Below are positions 28,639-36,168 of a stretch of DNA of 36,168 nt, in pieces. The notes beneath the pieces were generated by a model. The model saw only the letters and a list, made by a program, of their open reading frames with translations, ran no database searches and was not told the origin of the DNA. This stretch comes from a bacterium (GTDB taxonomy: Bacteria; Zhuqueibacterota; Zhuqueibacteria; Oceanimicrobiales; Oceanimicrobiaceae), in NCBI GenBank assembly GCA_046757025.1, contig JBHHXN010000038.1:1-36168 (forward strand). The letters are read 5' to 3'. A program made the position numbers and the translations under genes. Positions within the stretch are counted from its first letter, which is position 1, and each line of letters opens with the position of its first letter.

Positions 28639-28729
28639 CCTTTGGAGGTGGTGGTTTTTGATTTTGATTATCGCAATCCAGCAGAAATAGGGTAAAAAAG
28701 TCATACATTTTTTATATTACTATTGCGAT
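28600..28729 (-). ncRNA. Candidate ~130-nt small RNA
   Basis: Has a near-consensus promoter whose predicted +1 falls at the base of the stem ATCGCAAT/ATTGCGAT. A C-rich ACCACCACCTCC tract and a terminator follow; no ORF with an RBS. Confidence 0.6.
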
Positions 28730-28735
28730 GCAATG

Positions 28736-28764
28736 AGTATAGAAAATTTATACAAATAAGTCAA
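28736..28764 (-). promoter_or_regulatory. Near-consensus sigma70 promoter driving the candidate sRNA
   Basis: Minus strand TTGACT-17-TATACT, with no minus-strand CDS downstream. Confidence 0.7.
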
Positions 28765-28848
28765 GTATTTTTCACTTAATTAGTAAAATGTAAAATTGTT
28801 GTATAAATATTACCCACAATTTTCGTCATTTCAAACTGTGTTACTCGT

Positions 28849-31443
28849 ATGTATTTAAAAGAGTACCAAATTTCAAATAGACTTTATGAGGATCTCATTG
28901 GAAGCTGGTTTATGGGCAGCGTCAGGGATTCTACCAAAACCGTGAGCATAAAGGTCTTACATGAAAAGTATAGTCAAGACAAGGAACTGGTGGCGGCTTT
29001 TCATAAATGCGCCGAGAATTGCGGTTCAATTACGGGGCAAAATCAAATACGTGCTCTGGAACATGGTCAACGGGAAAATAGACATTATGTGATTTATAAA
29101 TATTACGACCTTCTGCCGCTTGAAAAATTGCTTGGCAATAACGAAGTGTTTGATCTAAACGAGGCACTGGAATTTATTGAGAACGCGGCTCGAATTTTGA
29201 GAAATTTTCATATCGAGGGCATGGTACATGGGTTTTTGACTCCTCAGAATATTTTTGTTGACAGCGATTGCAAGACGATCAGAATCAGCGATTTTGGTTT
29301 TCAGGATTTTTTGCGATTACTGATTTCAAAAAAAATAAAGTCAAATATGCACACCTATTTCTCGCCTGAAACCCTTGCTGGCCTGTCCGTTGCAGATCGC
29401 CGAAGTGATATATTTTCTTTGGGAGTTTTGTTTTATCAGATGGTTGTTGGGGATGTACCATGGCAGGCGACCGATCATTTTGAGGCGTCGTTGCAGTCCA
29501 GTCCGCTGTCGATGGTTCCACCGAGTCTGCATCGGCTGGAAATACCAGATTTTTTTGATGATTTGATTTTCGAGATGTTAGAAGCGGATGTTGAAAAGCG
29601 GTTTCAAAATATCAGCCAGATGATCGATAAAATTTACGAAATGAAAGCCGCTTTGCTTGCCAGCATTACTCCGGTGTCAGCTGAGCTCATTGACGAAGAA
29701 CCAAATTCCAGCAGCAAACCCGTAACTCAGAACAAATTATATATCCCAATACCTCCTTCGGTTGATATTGAGCTTAAAAATGAATTGGCACAGAATGACA
29801 CGCTGCCGGAAGCCGAATTCATTGAACAGAAACAAGATCTCATAAAAAATACTTTGTCAGCCAATTCCGAACGGACAAGTCTCAATTCAAACGAGGTTGA
29901 AAAGGACCTGAAATCAGTTGATGAAGAGTTTGTGAATGAAACCGCTGAAAAACCTTTCGATTCATCCAAAGAGAAAAACGAAAGGGCGATTTCCACTGAA
30001 ACGGTAGATTCACCGGAAATTTTTTCCGATCAAAATGAAGAGTTTGATGTTTTGCTGACAACCGACAATGAGATCATTGAAAACGCAAAACAAAATATTT
30101 TGAATCACCAGGAAAAAGTGGAGCCGGCGTTTCAATTTGATGATAATGAACCGGCTGTGCAGGCTACTTCTGAAAAGGAAGCCGTTGCGCAGGAAAACCT
30201 TGTGAGCGCCCAAAGGACCTCTCTTGATGAGACACCCGCACAGGTCGAAGCGTTGACATCCCGTTCCACCGAACCGTCCAATAGCCATTCAAGTGAGTCA
30301 TTTACACCATCAACCGGGGAAAATGTTCGGGATGATGAACCTGAAGAAAAATCGAACTCTGAAATTACGGCAACCGTTGAGGCGCCGGTTGAAAACCCGG
30401 CCGATTCCCATCCCGAGGAATCTGCTGACAAGTTACCCGCCCAATCTGTTTCTGAAGACAGTGCACCGTCACCTGCGGCGGATACTTTCAATTCAAATTC
30501 GACTTCCAGTCTAACCAGCGACAGTGAATTCAGCACACCTAATGAGTATGTCCCGCCGGTCGCGCACTCGGAGACCGGCGTTTCTGCAGAATCGCCAGTG
30601 GATGATTACGCAGCGGAAGATCCCTTTTTATCGTTTGCAAATGATCATAATTTTATGGAAGACACGGCCACGCAAACAGAGGAGTTTGCTACCACGCAAA
30701 CATTAAATTTGTATCGCGCGCCTTTGAATCGCAGCAATTTGTTGTTGACGCTGAAAATACTGCTGCTGACATTCATCCCGTTGTTCATTATCTTTATCCT
30801 GGTTTTCTTTGCTTTTGATTTTAACTGGACAACCAAATTTCCAAACTTCAAACGCAGCCGCATGTATCGCCTCATTCAATCCTTTAAAACACCCCAGACA
30901 AATCAGACTATTTCTTTAGGTGAAAAACAAAATAACGTCGTGCAGAAGCGTAATCCAGCCAAATCAAATAAACTTAGCTCTCCGGCCAAGGCGGCTTCGG
31001 AAAATAAAATACCAGAATTTAAATCCACAACACAGACGAAGGATGGTTTAATAGACCCGCGTTTGAAAAAAAGCGATGAAATGGCCTCGAAACCTTTCGT
31101 GAAGCAAGAAACGTCTGGAAGGCTGCTTCCAACTGAAACCAACGGCGGTAATTTAAAATCGAACCCCCGGGGGAATTTGCCGGCCAGCCGGGTTAGAACG
31201 GTGAAATTGAATATCATCGTTCGACGTCGACAGGTTCCCCAGACGGCAGATGTTTACATTAATGGTCAATTTATTGGCAAAACCAACAGGAACGGGATTC
31301 TTACGATTCCAGAACTCAAACCACGCGTGGCATATTTAATCAAGGTGCAAAGTCAAGGATTTGAAATGTGGGCAAAAGAAGTGACCTTAAATCGAACTCG
31401 TTCTGTGAATTTGTTGGTTGAATTGATGTCCCCCCAGCCATAA
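28849..31443 (+). CDS. Membrane-anchored Hanks-type Ser/Thr kinase-like protein (probable pseudokinase) with C-terminal PEGA domain
   Basis: Kinase fold motifs VSIK, SDFG, SPE, DIFSLG and KRFQ; long acidic linker; TM helix ILLLTFIPLFIIFILVFFAF; PEGA-like ADVYINGQFIGKT...VQSQGF. Confidence 0.85.
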   Translation: MYLKEYQISNRLYEDLIGSWFMGSVRDSTKTVSIKVLHEKYSQDKELVAAFHKCAENCGSITGQNQIRALEHGQRENRHYVIYKYYDLLPLEKLLGNNEVFDLNEALEFIENAARILRNFHIEGMVHGFLTPQNIFVDSDCKTIRISDFGFQDFLRLLISKKIKSNMHTYFSPETLAGLSVADRRSDIFSLGVLFYQMVVGDVPWQATDHFEASLQSSPLSMVPPSLHRLEIPDFFDDLIFEMLEADVEKRFQNISQMIDKIYEMKAALLASITPVSAELIDEEPNSSSKPVTQNKLYIPIPPSVDIELKNELAQNDTLPEAEFIEQKQDLIKNTLSANSERTSLNSNEVEKDLKSVDEEFVNETAEKPFDSSKEKNERAISTETVDSPEIFSDQNEEFDVLLTTDNEIIENAKQNILNHQEKVEPAFQFDDNEPAVQATSEKEAVAQENLVSAQRTSLDETPAQVEALTSRSTEPSNSHSSESFTPSTGENVRDDEPEEKSNSEITATVEAPVENPADSHPEESADKLPAQSVSEDSAPSPAADTFNSNSTSSLTSDSEFSTPNEYVPPVAHSETGVSAESPVDDYAAEDPFLSFANDHNFMEDTATQTEEFATTQTLNLYRAPLNRSNLLLTLKILLLTFIPLFIIFILVFFAFDFNWTTKFPNFKRSRMYRLIQSFKTPQTNQTISLGEKQNNVVQKRNPAKSNKLSSPAKAASENKIPEFKSTTQTKDGLIDPRLKKSDEMASKPFVKQETSGRLLPTETNGGNLKSNPRGNLPASRVRTVKLNIIVRRRQVPQTADVYINGQFIGKTNRNGILTIPELKPRVAYLIKVQSQGFEMWAKEVTLNRTRSVNLLVELMSPQP

Positions 31444-31540
31444 GACAAAAAATCTACTCCGGTTTCAAAACGTTCCTTTTTCTGCTTCCAGTGAAAACAA
31501 AATTTGAATTATTAAATTGGCCGTTGGTGAAGACCCCTTC

Positions 31541-31758
31541 GACTTTCTCAAACCTGAATTGTGCGATTCGCTATTAGCCTTTGCCTGTTAGCTAATAAAA
31601 CACAATCAGCTAAAATGGTTTTGTAACTCATCTGCCTGTGCGTTGCACCAGTCTGCCCTGCCGGCATAGGCAGATGCAGACAGGCCGACCGGCTGAAATG
31701 ATAGTCTCAAAGTAAGTACCAAAAATTTATATGCCAATGGCCAAAAGCTAAATGCCAA
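31541..31758 (-). repeat. Dispersed ~220-bp palindrome-rich repeat, copy 2 (inverted relative to copy 1)
   Basis: Reverse complement matches 16551-16769, for example TTGAGACTATCATTTCA, TCTGCCTATGCCGGCA and GGCTAATAGCGAATCGC. Confidence 0.92.
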
Positions 31759-31843
31759 GTGCCGTCCTGAAAAAAGTTATCGATGTTGGGCGCTAAACGC
31801 TAAATAATCCTTCCTTTCATTTTACTCGATGTGAAGAAAATTC

Positions 31844-31872
31844 TTGACTAATTTGATTTAAATAGCTATATT
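31844..31872 (+). promoter_or_regulatory. Sigma70-type promoter
   Basis: TTGACT-17-TATATT upstream of the small charged ORF. Confidence 0.6.
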
Positions 31873-31960
31873 TTTTGTCATTAAGTAAATTCTTCTACTT
31901 TTCCCGATGATTTACTTGTTTTAATATCCCCATCAAATATCACTTTATCTTTTATTAGTC

Positions 31961-32197
31961 TTGAGTAGTGACGATAAACATTTGCACGAAGAAGAGGACT
32001 CTAAAGATATCAACTCTTCTGAACGGGATAGCGAAGGTGATTTTTTTCACCTGAGTGAAGATGACGAAGAGGAGAACGTTTCAGATGAGCTGCGATACTG
32101 GCAAAAGTATTTTGAAGAAAGGGATGAGGAATTGAGATTTCGGAATAAAAAGAAAATCAGGAAAAAGGGAAAATTTAAAGACCAGGATTTAGATTGA
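31961..32197 (+). CDS. Small highly charged hypothetical protein (78 aa)
   Basis: TTG start with no clear RBS, flanked by a promoter and a terminator. Acidic N-terminal two-thirds and a Lys/Arg-rich C-terminus. Confidence 0.5.
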   Translation: MSSDDKHLHEEEDSKDINSSERDSEGDFFHLSEDDEEENVSDELRYWQKYFEERDEELRFRNKKKIRKKGKFKDQDLD

Positions 32198-32229
32198 TTT
32201 AAATAATTTAAATAGTTGAAACTGTTTGT

Positions 32230-32260
32230 AAAAACCCCTATTTTTATAGGGGTTTTTGTT
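32230..32260 (+). terminator. Intrinsic terminator between the small ORF and proS
   Basis: AAAAACCCCTAT-TTTT-ATAGGGGTTTTT followed by GTT. Confidence 0.7.
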
Positions 32261-32288
32261 ATGAATCGAAATATAGGTAACGAGTAAA

Positions 32289-33719
32289 ATGTCAAAAGGG
32301 ATAACCAAAAGATCAGATGATTATGCAAGATGGTATTTAGATGTGATTTCCATGGCGAAATTAGCGGATTATTCGCCAGTGAAAGGATGTATGGTTATTC
32401 GTCCCAACGGCTATGCGATATGGGAAAAAATGCAAGCCGTACTAGATAAAATGTTTAAAGACACCGGCCACAGAAATGCGTATTTTCCGCTGTTCATTCC
32501 TGAAAGTTTCATTAAGAAAGAAGCCGAGCATGTGGAAGGGTTTGCGCCAGAGTGTGCGGTGGTCACCCAGGGTGGCGGCAAAAAATTGGAGGAAGCGCTG
32601 GTTATCAGACCGACCTCCGAAACCATCATCTGGGCGATGTACAAAAATTGGATTCAATCTTATCGAGATTTGCCCTTGTTGATCAATCAGTGGGCAAACG
32701 TGGTACGCTGGGAAATGCGTACGCGTCTGTTTTTACGCACCATGGAATTTTTGTGGCAGGAAGGGCACACTGCCCACGCTTCGGAAAAAGAAGCGCAGGA
32801 AGAAACCGTGCAAATGCTGGAAATTTACCGCACTTTTGCAGAAAATTATCTAGCGCTGCCGGTTATTGCCGGTTTAAAAACGGACAAAGAGCGGTTTGCC
32901 GGCGCAGTCCGAACTTATTCTATCGAGGGCATGATGCAGGATAAACGCGCCCTGCAAGCCGGTACGTCCCACAACCTCGGCCAGAATTTTGCTAAAGCTT
33001 TTGATGTTCGATATCAAGATGAAAAAGGCGAATTGAAATTTGTCTGGGCCACAAGCTGGGGCGTTTCTACCCGATTAGTGGGAGCGCTGATCATGGCGCA
33101 CAGCGACGACCGCGGACTGGTTTTGCCTCCCAACCTCGCTCCCACGCAGGTGGTGGTCATCCCCATCTGGAAAAACGATGAAGAGAAACAAGCTATTTTA
33201 GCCAAATTTTCGGCAATTTCAATGAATTGGTCTCACGACTTTTCCTTTGTTTTGGACGACCGTGAAAACTATCGTCCGGGATGGAAATTCAATGAATGGG
33301 AGCAGCAGGGCATCCCGGTCAGAATTGAAATCGGGCCGAAAGATTTGCAAAACGAGCAAGCCATCGTGGTTCGGCGGGATACCGGTGAAAAAATGAATGT
33401 GAATTTGGACGATCTTCAAACCACCCTGAAGGCGTTGCTGCCCAAAATTCAGCAAGACCTGTTTGAAAAGGCGCGAGCGTTCCGAGAGGAAAATACCCAT
33501 TTTTGTGACGACTACCCGCAGTTTCAAAAAGAAATTGCCGAATCGGGCGGCTTTTTTTTAATTCACTGGTGTGGTAGCCGCACCTGCGAAGATCGACTGC
33601 AGGATGAGACCCGGGCGACCATTCGTTGTATTCCATTAAATAACCAGCCGGAAAAAGGCGTTTGTCTGTTGTGCGGTGGAGAATCAAAGGAACGGGTGAT
33701 CGCGGCAAAAGCGTACTAA
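32289..33719 (+). CDS. proS: Proline--tRNA ligase, archaeal/eukaryote-like type
   Basis: [48 protein letters not shown] and SWGVSTRL. No editing insertion; C-terminal Cys-rich Zn domain ending AKAY. Confidence 0.97.
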   Translation: MSKGITKRSDDYARWYLDVISMAKLADYSPVKGCMVIRPNGYAIWEKMQAVLDKMFKDTGHRNAYFPLFIPESFIKKEAEHVEGFAPECAVVTQGGGKKLEEALVIRPTSETIIWAMYKNWIQSYRDLPLLINQWANVVRWEMRTRLFLRTMEFLWQEGHTAHASEKEAQEETVQMLEIYRTFAENYLALPVIAGLKTDKERFAGAVRTYSIEGMMQDKRALQAGTSHNLGQNFAKAFDVRYQDEKGELKFVWATSWGVSTRLVGALIMAHSDDRGLVLPPNLAPTQVVVIPIWKNDEEKQAILAKFSAISMNWSHDFSFVLDDRENYRPGWKFNEWEQQGIPVRIEIGPKDLQNEQAIVVRRDTGEKMNVNLDDLQTTLKALLPKIQQDLFEKARAFREENTHFCDDYPQFQKEIAESGGFFLIHWCGSRTCEDRLQDETRATIRCIPLNNQPEKGVCLLCGGESKERVIAAKAY

Positions 33720-33869
33720 TTCCTGAATTGAGGGGCTCATCACGGTGGGAAATGACCGTAATGGCGCACAGGGGGTTTTTGGCAGATATATCGCGTTTTC
33801 AGGCGGGTCTAAAGCTTGAACACCCTATTTTGCAGAATGCGAAATTCCATTTAAAAACGGAGGGAGAAC

Positions 33870-35225
33870 TTGGAACTATTGCTGAGTGATTTTTTTGGTG
33901 ATTTGAGCAACCTCGTTTGGGGTCCCCCCATGCTCATTCTGTTGGTCGGCACCGGTATCTTTTTGACGATTCTTTTGCGCGGTCTGCAATTTCGCGGGCT
34001 GATGCACTCGCTCCATTTAGCGCTGATCAAGCGCAAAGAGAAAGAAAGTTCGGAAGGGGATATCACGCATTTTCAGGCGTTGATGACGGCGCTGGCCGCA
34101 ACCGTGGGTACCGGAAATATCGCCGGTGTAGCCACGGCCATCACGCTCGGCGGTCCCGGCGCCTTGTTTTGGATGTGGGTGACGGGTCTTTTCGGCATGG
34201 CCACCAAATATGCAGAAGCGGTTTTGGCGGTGAAGTATCGTGAAGCCGATGAGTTTGGCGCCATGAGCGGTGGGCCCATGTACTATATTTCAAAAGGTCT
34301 CGGATGGCGCTGGCTTGGGGCCTTGTTCGCCATTTTTGCCGCCATCTCGGCCTTTGGCATTGGCAACATGGTGCAATCCAACTCCGTGGCCGAAGCGGTG
34401 CACTCGAACTTCGGAGTACCGTTCTGGGTTACTGGAGTGATTTTGGCTTTAGCCACGGCCATGGTCATTCTGGGCGGAATCAAGAGTATTGCCCGGGTTA
34501 CGCAGGTTTTTGTGCCGTTTATGATCGTGTTTTACGTGGCAGCCGCCATCGTGATTCTGATCAACAATTATGCCGCCATTCCCGATACGATTGCGCTGGT
34601 TTTTAAAAGCGCCTTTTCGCCAACCGCAGCCAGTGGCGGCTTTGCTGGAGCCATCGTCATGCAGACCGTTCGCTGGGGCGTGGCGCGAGGGGTGTTTTCC
34701 AACGAAAGCGGTTTGGGCAGCTCACCCATTGCCGCCGCTGCCGCCCAAACAAAAAATCCGGTCACTCAAGCCCTGGTTTCGATGACACAAACGTTTATCG
34801 ATACCATCGTGGTTTGTTCATTTACGGGTTTTGTCATCCTTTCGACCGGTGTTTGGGACAACGGCGAAACCGGTGCCAGACTCACCACCGCGGCTTTTAG
34901 TGCAGGACTGCCGGGTGGATGGGGCGGAGTTATCGTGGCGATGGGATTGATTTTTTTCGCCTACTCCACGATTTTGGGTTGGAGTTATTATGGTGAAAAG
35001 TCCCTGGAATATTTATTTGGCGGTAAAACGGTGAAACCGTACCGGATAGTATTCTGCGTGTTTGTAGGCATTGGCGCCGTAGCGAAATTAGAGCTGGTCT
35101 GGAGCATTGCCGATGTTTTTAACGGCCTGATGGCGCTGCCAAATTTAATTGGACTCATTTTTCTATCAAAAGTCATCGCTTCCGAAACTCAAAAATATTT
35201 TTACTCAAAAGAAAACATTGATTGA
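33870..35225 (+). CDS. Alanine/glycine:cation symporter (AGCS family)
   Basis: [44 protein letters not shown] and MALPNL; TTG start with GGAGGGAG RBS. Confidence 0.95.
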   Translation: MELLLSDFFGDLSNLVWGPPMLILLVGTGIFLTILLRGLQFRGLMHSLHLALIKRKEKESSEGDITHFQALMTALAATVGTGNIAGVATAITLGGPGALFWMWVTGLFGMATKYAEAVLAVKYREADEFGAMSGGPMYYISKGLGWRWLGALFAIFAAISAFGIGNMVQSNSVAEAVHSNFGVPFWVTGVILALATAMVILGGIKSIARVTQVFVPFMIVFYVAAAIVILINNYAAIPDTIALVFKSAFSPTAASGGFAGAIVMQTVRWGVARGVFSNESGLGSSPIAAAAAQTKNPVTQALVSMTQTFIDTIVVCSFTGFVILSTGVWDNGETGARLTTAAFSAGLPGGWGGVIVAMGLIFFAYSTILGWSYYGEKSLEYLFGGKTVKPYRIVFCVFVGIGAVAKLELVWSIADVFNGLMALPNLIGLIFLSKVIASETQKYFYSKENID

Positions 35226-36123
35226 AAAAATAAATCAAACCTTTAAAGCCGGGTACGTGGCGATTGTGGGGTGTCCAAATGTCGGTAAGTCCACCTTGTT
35301 GAATCATCTTCTCAATTTTAAGGTTTCCGCTGTCACGAGAAAGAAACAGACCACCAGACATCAAATTCGAGGGATTTTAAATGGACCGAATTACCAGGTC
35401 ATATTTTTCGACACCCCCGGCTTGCTAACTCCCAAAAATCAACTACATCGCGCCATGTTACAAGCGGCATACCGATCCTTAAAAGATGCGGATCTGCTCC
35501 TTTATATGGTAGAAGCGGCCAGGGTAGCGGACCCAAAGGACGTGCAGCTCTTAAAGGAAATCGCGCAAATCAATTCCACGATTCTTTTGGTTATCAACAA
35601 AGTCGATAAAGTCAATAGAACAGACGTTCTTCCGTTGATGGATTTTTACAAGGACTTTGCCGGCATCAAAAACATCTTGCCTGTTTCGGCTTTAAAAAGG
35701 GATGGTTTGGATATTTTGACCCGCGAAATTTTGAACAACTTACCCGAGGGCTTACCCTTTTATTCGCAGGATCAAGTAGTTGATCACCCTGAGAGGTTTA
35801 TCGCTTCCGAGATCATTCGTGAAAAAATCTTCCAGCGCTATGGCGAAGAAATTCCGTATGCCACCACGGTTGAAATAGAGGAATTTAACGAACATGCGGG
35901 CAAAAAGGATTTCATTAAAGCCGTTATTTATGTTGAAAAATCAAGTCAAAAAGGTATCTTGATTGGCAAAAAAGGGGAATCGTTGAAAAAGCTGGGGCAG
36001 GCAGCCAGGGAAGCGATGGAAACGATTTTGGGGCGCTCGGTCTTTCTAGAGCTCTGGGTCAAAGTCATGGAGAAATGGCGACAGAACGAAGAGCTGTTGA
36101 AAAAATTTGGCTATTTTTCCTAG
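35218..36123 (+). CDS. era: GTPase Era
   Basis: G1 [23 protein letters not shown]-domain motifs EEIPYA and LIGKKG. Start placed at the in-frame TTG 35218, which overlaps the symporter 3' end. Confidence 0.95.
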   Translation: MIEKINQTFKAGYVAIVGCPNVGKSTLLNHLLNFKVSAVTRKKQTTRHQIRGILNGPNYQVIFFDTPGLLTPKNQLHRAMLQAAYRSLKDADLLLYMVEAARVADPKDVQLLKEIAQINSTILLVINKVDKVNRTDVLPLMDFYKDFAGIKNILPVSALKRDGLDILTREILNNLPEGLPFYSQDQVVDHPERFIASEIIREKIFQRYGEEIPYATTVEIEEFNEHAGKKDFIKAVIYVEKSSQKGILIGKKGESLKKLGQAAREAMETILGRSVFLELWVKVMEKWRQNEELLKKFGYFS

Positions 36124-36168
36124 CGCGGCGGAGCCGCAAATGTTTAAATGACTTGCTTTGTTGTGGTC

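Noticed and set aside
32198..32288. T-box leader for proS
   Set aside because: No AAnnAGGGUGGnACC T-box sequence and no room for stem I.
33720..33869. Glycine riboswitch ahead of the AGCS symporter
   Set aside because: Only TTTCAGG resembles the aptamer; the GGAGA/CCGAAG elements are absent.
35149..35217. Longer N-terminus of Era from the ORF track
   Set aside because: It would overlap the symporter by 77 nt. Era similarity begins near [10 protein letters not shown], so TTG 35218 is preferred.
36125..36137. GCGGC-GGA-GCCGC hairpin after era
   Set aside because: Only 5 bp with no clear U-tract, and it sits at the window edge; it could be a REP-like remnant but cannot be supported here.

Overview
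Bacterial chromosomal window, probably from an FCB-superphylum lineage such as KSB1 or Calditrichota. This is inferred from a SusD-like gene, an FlgD/T9SS-type sorting tail and an archaeal/eukaryote-type ProRS. From left to right it contains: the 3' part of a SusD/RagB gene; a minus-strand respiratory operon (cytochrome b6, subunit-IV-like protein, octaheme cytochrome c, cupredoxin-like lipoprotein) bounded by its own promoter and terminator but with no Rieske gene; a structured non-coding unit carrying a 15-nt perfect complement of the 16S rRNA 3' end; ferritin; a MITE-like element; gpmA; an acyl-CoA ligase coupled to a PLP decarboxylase; a large secreted FG-GAP/Ig-repeat protein; an Omp85 protein; thiS-thiG-[hybrid PAS/GAF kinase]-thiE; a geranylgeranyl-reductase-family protein; a catalytically degenerate GH20 plus an MBL hydrolase; a second candidate sRNA with an anti-SD-like tract; a membrane pseudokinase with a PEGA domain; proS; an AGCS symporter; and era. 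A ~220-bp palindrome-rich repeat occurs twice in inverted orientation. No CRISPR, rRNA, tRNA or transposase was seen. The best leads are the two candidate sRNAs, the Rieske-less b6-type operon and the two pseudoenzymes. All calls come from manual motif reading; no database searches were run.
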